Shown piece after piece: positions 27,314 to 35,924 of a stretch of DNA of 38,478 nt. The notes below the pieces were generated by a model, which saw only the letters and a program-made list of their open reading frames with translations, had not been told where the DNA came from and did no database searches. Both the position numbers and the translations under genes were made by a program. The stretch is from the NCBI GenBank assembly GCA_041478145.1, contig JBGOVO010000003.1:1-38478 (forward strand), in the 5' to 3' direction. This DNA is from Candidatus Methylomirabilia bacterium (lineage in GTDB: Bacteria; Methylomirabilota; Methylomirabilia; Rokubacteriales; CSP1-6). How positions within the stretch are numbered: the first letter of the stretch is position 1; the number at the start of each line of letters is the position of its first letter.

Positions 27314-28419
27314 CTGAGGACGGCCAGCTTCTTCCGCTCGATCAGGGCGAAGTCGATCTGGGCCCCGAGGCCCGGCGCGGTGGGCGCGCGCACCATGCCG
27401 TGCGAGTCCACCTCGATGTCGGCCACGAGGCCGTACTTCTGCGCCTCCGCGGGCAGCAGCACCTCGAAGAACTCACAGTTCTTGATCGCCATCGCCACGT
27501 GGAGGTTCGCCACGTTGTTGAGCGAGTTGCCCCCGTGGTGGATCTCGAAGTTCATGTGGAAGCCCTCGGCGAGATGGGCCGCCTTGACGAGCGCCGAGAT
27601 GCCACCCTTGACCGCCACGTCTCCTCGCAGGTAATCGGTCGCGCGGGCGACGAGCCAGGGCGCGTAGGCGGTGAAGCCGCCCGGCGCGTATTCGGTGGCG
27701 AGGATCGGGATCGAGAGCTGCTGTTTGAGCTTGACGTAGTTGTAGAGATCGTCGTCGGCCAGCGGATCCTCGTACCAGTAGTAGCCGAGCCGCTCGATGG
27801 CGCGCCCGACGCGGATCGCGGCCGGGTAGTCGTAGGCCCAGGTGGAGTCGAGCATGAGGGTGAAGGCGTCGCCTACCATGCCGCGCACCGCCTCGCAGAT
27901 CTCGATGTCCACCCGCGGATCGGTGGGCGGGTGGATCTTGTACGCCGTCCACCCGGAGGCCTTGAAGCGCGCCGCCTCCTCCGCGTAGGCCTGCTTCGAC
28001 TGGAGCACCGCGGAGCTCGCGTAGGCGGGCACCCGCTCCCGGTAGGAGCCGAGCAGCCGGTGGATCGGCAGCCCGGCCAGCTTGCCGGCCAGATCCCAGA
28101 GCGCCACGTCTACCGCGCCGATGGCGCGCCAGGTGGTGTGCCGGTTCCGCGACAGCAGCGCCTGATAGAGCCGCTCGCGCTCCAGGGGGTCCTGGTCCAT
28201 CACGAGCGGCTTCAGCGCGCTCATCAGCGACTCGGCGTCGAACTGCGCGCCGCGGCTCGCCGAGCCCAGGAAGGCGTGGCCTTCCGCGCCCTCATCGGTG
28301 CGCAGGGTGAGCAGGCCGAGCTGGCTCTGGCCGCCGAACCGGCCGGTGTGCCGGCCGTACGTGGTGGCGGGGATGTTCTCCCAGGCGAACAGCGTGAGCG
28401 TGACGTCCGTGATCTTCAC
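27310..28419 (-). CDS. Mandelate racemase / muconate lactonizing enzyme family protein
   Basis: AIGAVDVALWDLAGK..GLPIHRLLG, YKIH, LMLDS, WYEDP, ATE, PTAPGLG. Confidence 0.92.
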   Translation of the reverse strand: MKITDVTLTLFAWENIPATTYGRHTGRFGGQSQLGLLTLRTDEGAEGHAFLGSASRGAQFDAESLMSALKPLVMDQDPLERERLYQALLSRNRHTTWRAIGAVDVALWDLAGKLAGLPIHRLLGSYRERVPAYASSAVLQSKQAYAEEAARFKASGWTAYKIHPPTDPRVDIEICEAVRGMVGDAFTLMLDSTWAYDYPAAIRVGRAIERLGYYWYEDPLADDDLYNYVKLKQQLSIPILATEYAPGGFTAYAPWLVARATDYLRGDVAVKGGISALVKAAHLAEGFHMNFEIHHGGNSLNNVANLHVAMAIKNCEFFEVLLPAEAQKYGLVADIEVDSHGMVRAPTAPGLGAQIDFALIERKKLAVLS

Positions 28420-28483
28420 GAGGCTCCTCCCCGGCCCTGAGCGTACACCGATTCCGCGGCGCCGCTTCTGCTAGATTACCGCC

Positions 28484-28745
28484 GTGCCCCAGAACGCTCC
28501 GCGCGACGGCGTCGTCCGGATCTTTCGCGATCGCGGCGGCCGCAACGGCAAGACCGTCACCGTGATCCACGGCTTGCCCGAGCGAGGCCCGACGCTCGAC
28601 GCGCGCCTCTCCGAGATGAAGCGGCTCTGCGGCGCCGGCGGCACCCCTCAAGGACGGCGTGGTCGAGATCCAGGGCGACCATCGCGAGCGGCTGGCCGAG
28701 CGGCTGCGCGCCCTGGGCTACACCGTCAAGCTCGCGGGAGGCTGA
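28484..28745 (+). pseudogene. yciH: SUI1/YciH translation initiation factor homolog with a +1 frameshift
   Basis: GGRNGKTVTVIHGL...KRLCGAGGT, then one extra C in CCCC (28644-47), then LKDGVVEIQGDHRERL...GYTVKLAGG*. Confidence 0.85.
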
Positions 28746-28749
28746 GCCG

Positions 28750-29037
28750 CTACTCGACTTCGCGGAGGCGCAAGACCTCGGGGCGCCCGTCCATGAATTC
28801 GCCCATCTTCCGCCCGAGCGCCTTGAAATAGTCGGTGCCGCGGTGGGCCTCCACCGCCGCCTGGTCCGTGTAGCGCTCCATGAACACGTAGGTCAGGGGC
28901 GCCTCGGCACGGTGCAGCGTGTAGAGCCGACAGCCCGGCTCATTGGCGTTGACCTTGGCCACCAGTTCCTTGGCCACGGCCTCGAACTGCGACTCCATCC
29001 CCGGCTTCACCTTGAGCGTCGCGACGATGCCCAGCAT
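28750..29037 (-). CDS. Antibiotic biosynthesis monooxygenase (ABM) family protein
   Basis: ATLKVKPG, NEPGCRLYTL, FMERY...AVEAH..TDYF. Confidence 0.88.
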   Translation of the reverse strand: MLGIVATLKVKPGMESQFEAVAKELVAKVNANEPGCRLYTLHRAEAPLTYVFMERYTDQAAVEAHRGTDYFKALGRKMGEFMDGRPEVLRLREVE

Positions 29038-29117
29038 CGAGAGCCTCCGGACGTGGTGCCCAGCGTCGGCACCACTGTTCTAGGGATGACAACCTCCGGC
29101 TACGGGGGGCCAAATTT

Positions 29118-29214
29118 TGTAGCCCAATGGGCCTCAAATGCCTATCTTGGCTACACATAACTCACAATTAATCAATAGTTTATAGCCAGTGTCAACTGTG
29201 GAACGCGTCTTGCT
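29118..29214 (+). promoter_or_regulatory. Complete sigma54 promoter: candidate enhancer, IHF site and -24/-12
   Basis: TGTAGCC/GGCTACA inverted repeat (29118-29155); AATCAATAGTTTA matches WATCAANNNNTTR (29170-82); TGGAACGCGTCTTGCT (29199-214). Confidence 0.75.
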
Positions 29215-29227
29215 CTTAGGCCCGGGC

Positions 29228-29629
29228 ATGAGAAATCAAGACCGCGTACACGGACCCCGGGAAGCCGCAGCGAGGCAGCACGTCAACGAGCCGCATCCGC
29301 CCGAGATCCGTCGGCGTCGGGGTCGGCCGAAGGGTAGCACCGGCATCAGCCGGCGCCATCCGGATTCGCTCCTGGCCGCGGAGATCGCCAAGTCGCCGCT
29401 CGCGACCGTCTACGCGAGCCCGGACGGCGAGCTCTACCACGCGGTGTGCAAGCAGCCGCTCGAGTTCCAGGGTCGGCGCGCCCAGCTCGAGTTCGACTTC
29501 TACTGCCTGCGCTGCATGGAGCACGTCGCGCTGCCCCAGTTCGCGCTGAGCCGCGTGCGCTTCGACCTGCCGCGTCCGACCGACGTCACGCTGCCGGAGT
29601 GGGCCGTCAGCATCGTCGCCTACCAGTAA
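29228..29629 (+). CDS. Small protein with an AT-hook motif and a putative Zn site
   Basis: RRRRGRPKGS; HAVC...CLRC. Confidence 0.7.
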   Translation: MRNQDRVHGPREAAARQHVNEPHPPEIRRRRGRPKGSTGISRRHPDSLLAAEIAKSPLATVYASPDGELYHAVCKQPLEFQGRRAQLEFDFYCLRCMEHVALPQFALSRVRFDLPRPTDVTLPEWAVSIVAYQ

Positions 29630-29752
29630 GACCGACTCCCCTCCGCGCGTCCGTCGGCGCGCGCCCGCTCTGCCTCCCGCCGGGCCCCGTCCAGGCCCTC
29701 GCCCTTCCCGTCCCTTGCCCGCCGTGTGATCATAGCCGCCACGGAGGCGGCA

Positions 29753-30556
29753 TTGAAGGTCGAGACCATCGAGGATCCCGAGGATCCGCGCATCACGGAG
29801 TATCGTGAGGCGCGCGACGGCAATCTGCGGCGGCGCGAGGGGTTGTTCCTGGCCGAGGGCCGTCTCGTCGTCCGCCGCCTGCTCGAGACCTCCCGCTTCC
29901 AGACGCATTCGGTCCTGCTGACGCGGCCGGCCCTCGACGATTTGGGTGACCTGCTGGCCCGAGATGGCGCGCCGAACGTCTACGTGGCGTCGGCCGAGAC
30001 GATCCGCGCCATCGTCGGATTCAAGTTCCACCGAGGCTGTCTCGCCCTTGGCGTTCGCGGCGAGCCTCTTTGTACCGAGACGCTCATCGATCCGCCAGGC
30101 CCCCGCACGCTGCTGGCGCTCGAGGGACTGGCCGACCCCGACAATGTCGGCGCGGTCTTCCGGAACGCGGCCGCCTTCGGCGCCGCCGGCGTGCTCCTCT
30201 CGGACGATTGCGTCGATCCCCTCTATCGCAAGGCGGTCCGCGTCTCGATGGGCGCTACCCTCTCCACCCCGTTCGCCTGGGTATCGGACTGGTCCGGGGC
30301 GCTCACCGCATTGCGGCGCGCCGAATACCTACTCGTGGCCCTCTGCCCGCGGCCGGAGGCGATAGACATCGCCGAGGTCGCCGCGAAGTCACCGCGCCAC
30401 GCCCGGCTCGCCGTGCTGCTCGGAACCGAGAGCGCCGGCCTCAGCCAAGCAACCCGGGCCGCCGCCGACGTCGAGGTGCGCATTCCCATGGCGCCCGGTG
30501 TCGACTCGCTCAACGTGGCGGCGGCCTGCGGGATCGCGCTCTACCGCCTGGCATGA
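29753..30556 (+). CDS. TrmH/SpoU family RNA 2'-O-methyltransferase
   Basis: FLAEG, DPDNVGAVFRNAAAFG, RKAVRVSMG, LGTESAGLS, IPMAPGVDSLNVAAA; GGAGG RBS + TTG. Confidence 0.92.
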   Translation: MKVETIEDPEDPRITEYREARDGNLRRREGLFLAEGRLVVRRLLETSRFQTHSVLLTRPALDDLGDLLARDGAPNVYVASAETIRAIVGFKFHRGCLALGVRGEPLCTETLIDPPGPRTLLALEGLADPDNVGAVFRNAAAFGAAGVLLSDDCVDPLYRKAVRVSMGATLSTPFAWVSDWSGALTALRRAEYLLVALCPRPEAIDIAEVAAKSPRHARLAVLLGTESAGLSQATRAAADVEVRIPMAPGVDSLNVAAACGIALYRLA

Positions 30557-31254
30557 TCCGCATCGGCACGTCCGGCTACAACTACCCTGAGTGGCGCGGG
30601 ACCTTCTACCCGGAGAAGTTCCCCACCGGCAAGATGCTCCCCTACTACGCCGAGCGGTTCTCCACGGTGGAGATCAACTACACCTTCTATCGCATGCCCA
30701 ACGCCAAGACCATCGCGGGCTGGAGCGCGGAGACGCCCGCGGGCTTCTCCTTCACGCTCAAGGCGCCGCAGCGCATCACCCACTTCGCGCGGCTGCGGGA
30801 GATCGACGACCCGCTACGCTACTTCCTGGACACCGCGGCCGGGCTCGGGCCGAAGCTCGGGCCGGTGCTCTTCCAGCTCCCACCCAACTTCAAGAAGGAC
30901 CTGGGCCGCCTGGGCGGGCTGCTCGACCTGCTGCCCGCGGGCCTCCGCTGCGCCTTCGAGTTCCGCCACGAGAGCTGGTTCGCCGACGACGTGTACACGC
31001 GGCTCCGGGCCGCCAACGCCGCGCTCTGCGTGGCCGACACGGAGGACGCGACCACGCCGCTCGAGGTCACCGCCGACTGGGGCTACCTGCGGCTGCGCGA
31101 TCAGGGCTACACTGCGACGGACCTCGAGGAGTGGAGGCGGACCATCGAGCGGCTCAGCGCCGGGTGGCGCGATGCCTTCGTCTACTTCAAGCACGAGGAG
31201 GCCGGGACCGGGCCCGCCTTCGCCCGCCAGCTCCAGGCCCTCGTGAATCCGTAG
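30553..31254 (+). CDS. DUF72 (YecE-like) protein
   Basis: IGTSGYNYPEW, VEINYTFY, KAPQRITH, LFQLPP, FEFRHESW, YLRLR, YFKHE. Confidence 0.92.
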   Translation: MIRIGTSGYNYPEWRGTFYPEKFPTGKMLPYYAERFSTVEINYTFYRMPNAKTIAGWSAETPAGFSFTLKAPQRITHFARLREIDDPLRYFLDTAAGLGPKLGPVLFQLPPNFKKDLGRLGGLLDLLPAGLRCAFEFRHESWFADDVYTRLRAANAALCVADTEDATTPLEVTADWGYLRLRDQGYTATDLEEWRRTIERLSAGWRDAFVYFKHEEAGTGPAFARQLQALVNP

Positions 31255-33964
31255 CCCCACCCCTCACCCTGCCCTCCCTCCTGGGGGGAGAGGGGGACGC
31301 GAGGCGCGCCTCGACCCGCTCGAGCGCGGCGGCGATGTCGATGCCCCCGCCGAGCACCGGCGTCAGCGGATCGGCCATCTTCTCGAAGCGCGCCGCGATG
31401 GTTTGCAGGTTGAAGCGCGAGGGGTCGAGGCGCGGCGTCACCTCGCGCCACTCGAGCGGGCAGGAGGCGGGCGCGCCGGGCAGGGGCCGCAGGGAGAACG
31501 GCGCCACGATGGTCTGCCCGTGCCCGTTCTGGCCGAAGTCGATGTACACCTTGCCGCCGCGCGCGCGGAGCGGGCGCGCCACCGTCGAGATGGATGGCTC
31601 GGCCTCGACCCCGAGGGCCGCCAGGAGGCGCGCGAAGTTCCGCGTCTGCTCGTAGGTGTAGCGCGCGCCGAGCGGCAGCAGGACGTGGAGCCCGGTCGCG
31701 CCCGAGGTCTTCACGTAGCTCGGCAGCGCGAGGTCGTCGAGGATGCCGCGCAGGGCGAGGGCCACCCGGACCACGTCGGTGAACGGCGCGCCCTTGGGGT
31801 CGAGGTCCAGCACCAGCCAGTCGGGGCGCTCGAGCGACGGGACGCGCGAGGCCCACACGTGCACCGGGATGGCGGCGCTGTTCGCCACGTAGCGGAGCAT
31901 CTCCACGTCGTCGACCACCAGATACGCGATGTCGCGCTCGGTGTCCTTCGAATAGATGCGCTCGGTCCGGACCCAGGCGGGGGCGAACTCGGGCGCGTCC
32001 TTCTGATAGAAGGACTTCCCGCTGATCCCGTCGGGAAAGCGCGTCAGCACCAGCGGCCGGTCCCGCAGATACGGCAGCATCAGGGGGGCGACGCGCTCGT
32101 AGTACGCGATCAGATCACCCTTCGTGTAGCCCTCGGCCGGCCAGAAGACTTTCTTGACGTTGGTGGGCTGAAGCCGCGGTTGCGGTGGCGCTACCGGAGC
32201 TTCTTGTTCTGATTGGGGGGGAGCGAGGGCCGCTCCTCCCCCAAGCCCCCCCACCCCTTCCCGGTCAGCCCGCTCCGGTAACGCCACCGCCTCCGGTTGC
32301 CACGACATCTCTCTCCGGCACGCGTCCGGCTTCTTGTCGTCGCGCAGCCCGATAAAAGTGGGGTGGCGCAGGCCGCCCTCCTCGGTCCAGTCGGTGAAGC
32401 GTACCTCGGCGACCAGGCGGGGCTCCACCCAGTGGTGGCCCCGGCCGCTCGGGACCGCGCCGGCGTCGAACGGGGGCGTCGCGCGCGCCAGCGGCTGCAG
32501 CCGCTCGCGGATCGACTTGAGCGAGGCCTCGTCGAAGCCGGTGCCCACCTTCGACACGTAGACGAGCCGCGGCGCGGACGCGGGACCATCGTAGAGCCCC
32601 AGGTGCAGCGCGCCGAAGTGGCTGCGCGAGCCCTGCGGATCGGAGTAGCCGCCGATCACGAACTCCTGCCGCCGCTGACACTTGATCTTGATCCAGTCGC
32701 GCGTCCGCCCGCCGGTGTAGAGGCTCCGAGCCTTCTTGGCCACGATACCCTCGAGCCGCTGCTCCGAGGCCGCGTCGAAGAACGCCTCCCCCTCCGCCGC
32801 GACGTGATCGCCGTAGCGGGCGGGCCCGAGCGGCGGCACCAGGAGACGCAGGCACTCCTTGCGATCCACCAGCGGCAGGCGCCGCAGGTCGCGGTCGTCC
32901 AGCATGAGGCAGTCGAAGAACACGCCCACCGCGGGCCGCTGCGCGGCCGCCATCTCGATCTCGCGGCGATCGGTGAGCGCCATGCGCGGCTGCAGCCGCT
33001 GAAAGCTCGGCTTTCCCGCGTCGTCGAGAACCACGATCTCGCCATCGATCACGAAGCGATCGATCGCGAGCGCGCGGAGCGCGTGCGCCACCTCCGGATA
33101 GCGGGAGGTCGTGTCCTGGCCACTCCGGCCGTAGAGGGTCACGCGCTCCCCCTCGCGGGAGGCGAGCACGCGCACGCCGTCGTACTTGATCTCGTAGAGC
33201 CAGGCCGGATCCGAGAAGGGGCGCTCGGCGAGCGTGGCCAGCGCGAACGCTTGCGCGCGCGCGTTCACCTCGCCCCGCGGCGCCCCGAGCGCGTCCAGGC
33301 GCGCGCGGATCGCGGTGAGCCGGCCCGAGACGTCCGCCATCTCCTCCACCGTGAGGCCCGAGATCACCGATTGCGGATAGCGCTCGGTCAGCTCGGCCGC
33401 GGGGGGGAGGGCCGCGCCGTCGGCCTTCTTCAGCAGCAGCCACTCGCGGTCCTTGCCCGACATGCGCGCGAGTGTCCAGCGCCCGCGCATCTTATAGCCG
33501 AATATCTCCACCTCGACCTTGCCGCGGGCGAGCTGCTCGAGCGGATCCTGCGGCTTGGTGGAGCGGTACCACCCGCGGTCCCACACGATGACGGAGCCGG
33601 CCCCGTAGTTGCCGGACGGGATCACGCCCTCGAAGTCGCCGTACTCGATCGGGTGGTCCTCGACGTGCACGGCCAGCCGCTTCTCCTCCGGGTGCACGGA
33701 GGGTCCCTTGGGCACGGCCCAGCTCTTCAGCACGCCGTCCATCTCGAGGCGCAGGTCGTAGTGCAGCCGGCGCGCCGCGTGCTTCTGCACCACGAAGAGC
33801 CGCCCGCCCGCGGGCGGCCGTCCGCCGAACGGCTCGGGCGTGCGGTCCGGATCGCGCTTCTTGCGGTACGCGTCGAGCGGCGGCGGCCGCTCGCCCCCGA
33901 GCGAGTCCGGCACAATCCGTCGCCCCTTCGCGGCGGGCTGACCCCTATCCGGTGCGGTGGCCAT
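31187..33964 (-). CDS. ligD: DNA ligase D (phosphoesterase-ligase-polymerase)
   Basis: PE: FVVQKHAARRLHYDLRLE, SWAVPKGPS. LIG: EIKYDGVR, IDGEIV, EGIVAKK. POL: RFPDG, FYQK, DLDP, KTSGATGLH. Start uncertain. Confidence 0.95.
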   Translation of the reverse strand: MATAPDRGQPAAKGRRIVPDSLGGERPPPLDAYRKKRDPDRTPEPFGGRPPAGGRLFVVQKHAARRLHYDLRLEMDGVLKSWAVPKGPSVHPEEKRLAVHVEDHPIEYGDFEGVIPSGNYGAGSVIVWDRGWYRSTKPQDPLEQLARGKVEVEIFGYKMRGRWTLARMSGKDREWLLLKKADGAALPPAAELTERYPQSVISGLTVEEMADVSGRLTAIRARLDALGAPRGEVNARAQAFALATLAERPFSDPAWLYEIKYDGVRVLASREGERVTLYGRSGQDTTSRYPEVAHALRALAIDRFVIDGEIVVLDDAGKPSFQRLQPRMALTDRREIEMAAAQRPAVGVFFDCLMLDDRDLRRLPLVDRKECLRLLVPPLGPARYGDHVAAEGEAFFDAASEQRLEGIVAKKARSLYTGGRTRDWIKIKCQRRQEFVIGGYSDPQGSRSHFGALHLGLYDGPASAPRLVYVSKVGTGFDEASLKSIRERLQPLARATPPFDAGAVPSGRGHHWVEPRLVAEVRFTDWTEEGGLRHPTFIGLRDDKKPDACRREMSWQPEAVALPERADREGVGGLGGGAALAPPQSEQEAPVAPPQPRLQPTNVKKVFWPAEGYTKGDLIAYYERVAPLMLPYLRDRPLVLTRFPDGISGKSFYQKDAPEFAPAWVRTERIYSKDTERDIAYLVVDDVEMLRYVANSAAIPVHVWASRVPSLERPDWLVLDLDPKGAPFTDVVRVALALRGILDDLALPSYVKTSGATGLHVLLPLGARYTYEQTRNFARLLAALGVEAEPSISTVARPLRARGGKVYIDFGQNGHGQTIVAPFSLRPLPGAPASCPLEWREVTPRLDPSRFNLQTIAARFEKMADPLTPVLGGGIDIAAALERVEARLASPSPPRREGRVRGGATDSRGPGAGGRRRARSRPPRA
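31260..31296. repeat. REP-like palindromic element, second copy, read through by the ligD 3' end
   Basis: CCCCTCACCCTGCCCTCCCTCCTGGGGGGAGAGGGGG. Confidence 0.7.
32213..32262. repeat. G/C-tract palindromic element inside the ligD inter-domain linker
   Basis: TTGGGGGGGAGCG-AGGGC-CGCTCCTCCCCCAA hairpin plus a C-tract; similar hairpin at 36574. Confidence 0.6.
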
Positions 33965-34016
33965 CGGAGACTTGGAGCATAGCCGCGTGCGTGGTAGTCT
34001 GCAAAGCCTCATAGCC

Positions 34017-34916
34017 ATGGCGCCTCATTCCATCGGCTCGGGTACCATCTCCTTCGGGCTGGTCTCCATTCCGGTCAAGCTCTACACCGCGGCCTCCGGA
34101 GGCGGCGTGAGCTTCAACCTGCTCCACGCCAAGTGCGGTAACCGCATCCGCCAGCAGACGTTCTGCCCGGTGTGCAACGAGGTGGTGGAGCGCGGCGGCC
34201 TCGTGAAGGGTTACGAGTTCCAGAAGGAGCAGTACGTGCGCTTCAGCGACGAGGAGCTGAAGTCGCTGGAGGGCGAGGCGTCGAAGGTGATCGACATCGC
34301 CGAGTTCGTGCCGCTGCCCTCGGTGGACCCGATCTACTTCGAGAAGACCTACTACCTCGGCCCCGACAAGGGCGGCGAGAAGCCCTACCGGCTCCTCGCC
34401 GACGCCATGGCCAAGACCGATCGGGTCGCCCTCGCCACCTTCGTCATGCGCGGCAAGGAGAGCCTGGTGCTCGTCCGGCCCGCCCAGGACGGGCTGATGC
34501 TGCACACGATGTACTTCGCCGACGAGGTGCGCGACTTCGGCGAGATCGAGAAGGGGAAGTCGGTCAAGCTCCGCGACGGGGAGCTCCAGCTCGCGGAGCG
34601 GCTGATCGACGAGCTGTCGCGCGACGAGTTCAAGCCCGAGCAGTACCAGGACGACTACCGGAATCGCGTGCTCGAGGTGGTGAACTCGAAGGTGGAAGGC
34701 AAGGAGATCACCTCGGCCGCGCCCGAGGCGCAGCGCGCCCAGGTCATCGATCTCATGGACGCGCTCAAGCAGAGCCTCGCCCGGCGGGCGGGCGGCGGCG
34801 GCGAGAAGCCGGCCGCGAAGGACGCGGCCGCCCTCGCCAAGAAGCCCCCCGTCAAGGCGCCGAAGCGCGCCGCCGAGCCCGACAAGGACAGGAAAGCGCA
34901 AGCCGGACGGAAATGA
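34017..34916 (+). CDS. ku: Non-homologous end joining protein Ku
   Basis: GTISFGLVSIPVKLY, LVKGYE, VDPIYFEKTYYL, YRLLADAM, VIDLMDALKQSL, K/A-rich tail. Confidence 0.96.
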   Translation: MAPHSIGSGTISFGLVSIPVKLYTAASGGGVSFNLLHAKCGNRIRQQTFCPVCNEVVERGGLVKGYEFQKEQYVRFSDEELKSLEGEASKVIDIAEFVPLPSVDPIYFEKTYYLGPDKGGEKPYRLLADAMAKTDRVALATFVMRGKESLVLVRPAQDGLMLHTMYFADEVRDFGEIEKGKSVKLRDGELQLAERLIDELSRDEFKPEQYQDDYRNRVLEVVNSKVEGKEITSAAPEAQRAQVIDLMDALKQSLARRAGGGGEKPAAKDAAALAKKPPVKAPKRAAEPDKDRKAQAGRK

Positions 34917-35752
34917 CGTCCTTCTCCACCCCCGAGGTGGCGAAGATCCTTGGCCTGCCGGACTCGAAGATTCGCGCCTGCGCGCGCGCCGCCCTGCTCG
35001 CCCCCACCCGCGGCCCCGGCGGACGGCTCCGGTGGTCGTTCCAGGACCTGCTGCTCCTCAAGACGACCCGGGGCCTGCTCCACGCCCGCGTGCCGGCGCG
35101 CCGCATCCGGCGCATACTCGCGTCGCTGCGTCGCCAGCTCCCCGGCGACCAGGCGCTGTCGAGCGTCACGATCTACGCCGACGGCCGGCGCGTCGTCGCC
35201 TGGGACGGCGCCGCGCGCTGGCAGCCCGACTCCGGCCAGTTCCTCTTCAACTTCGAGGCGCCGGCGGTGGCCGAGCACGCGCCCCCCGCTCCCGCGCGGC
35301 CGGCTCCGGCGGCGGCCGCCGAGCCGGCCGCGCGGACGGCCGAGGAATGGTTCGACCTCGGCTGCGAGCTGGAGGCGGCGTCCCCCGACGAGGCGCGACA
35401 CGCCTATCAGCAGGCGCTCGCGCTCGATCCCGCGCTCACCGACGCGCACGTCAACCTGGGCCGCCTCTGCCATCAGGCCGGAGAGGGGGCGCGCGCCGAG
35501 TCGCACTACCGCGCCGCCATCCGTCACGCCCCGCGCGATCCCGTCGCGCACTTCAACCTTGCCGGGCTGCTCGAGGAGACGCAGCGCGCGGTCGAAGCCG
35601 TCGAGTCGTATCGGCAGGCGCTCGTCGCCGATCCCGAGTTCGCGGACGCGCACTACAATCTCGGGCGGCTCCTCGATTCCCTCGGCCGGCGCGCCGCCGC
35701 CATGACCCATCTGCGCGCCGCCCGCCGCCTCTACGGCCGCCGCTCCGCCTAG
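34913..35752 (+). CDS. MerR-like HTH + TPR protein
   Basis: FSTPEVAKILGL...WSFQDLLLLK (HTH); TPRs AHVNLGRL, AHFNLAGL, AHYNLGRL; ATGA overlap with ku. Confidence 0.82.
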   Translation: MTSFSTPEVAKILGLPDSKIRACARAALLAPTRGPGGRLRWSFQDLLLLKTTRGLLHARVPARRIRRILASLRRQLPGDQALSSVTIYADGRRVVAWDGAARWQPDSGQFLFNFEAPAVAEHAPPAPARPAPAAAAEPAARTAEEWFDLGCELEAASPDEARHAYQQALALDPALTDAHVNLGRLCHQAGEGARAESHYRAAIRHAPRDPVAHFNLAGLLEETQRAVEAVESYRQALVADPEFADAHYNLGRLLDSLGRRAAAMTHLRAARRLYGRRSA

Positions 35753-35834
35753 CCCGGCCGCGTGCCGGAATTTCGCCGCGGGGTGACGGGAGGCGTCAGG
35801 CCTGCGCTGCCTCGATCGCGTTCTTTCCCCGCTA

Positions 35835-35869
35835 TTTCAATAAGTTGTGGCCCTGGCAACCCCATTGCA
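35835..35869 (+). promoter_or_regulatory. IHF-like site and sigma54 promoter
   Basis: TTTCAATAAGTTG (35835-47); TGGCAACCCCATTGCA (35854-69). Confidence 0.75.
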
Positions 35870-35924
35870 GCGGCACCCTCGTGGTCCGAACTCATCCCCC
35901 CATCGATTAGAAGAGGAGCAGACC

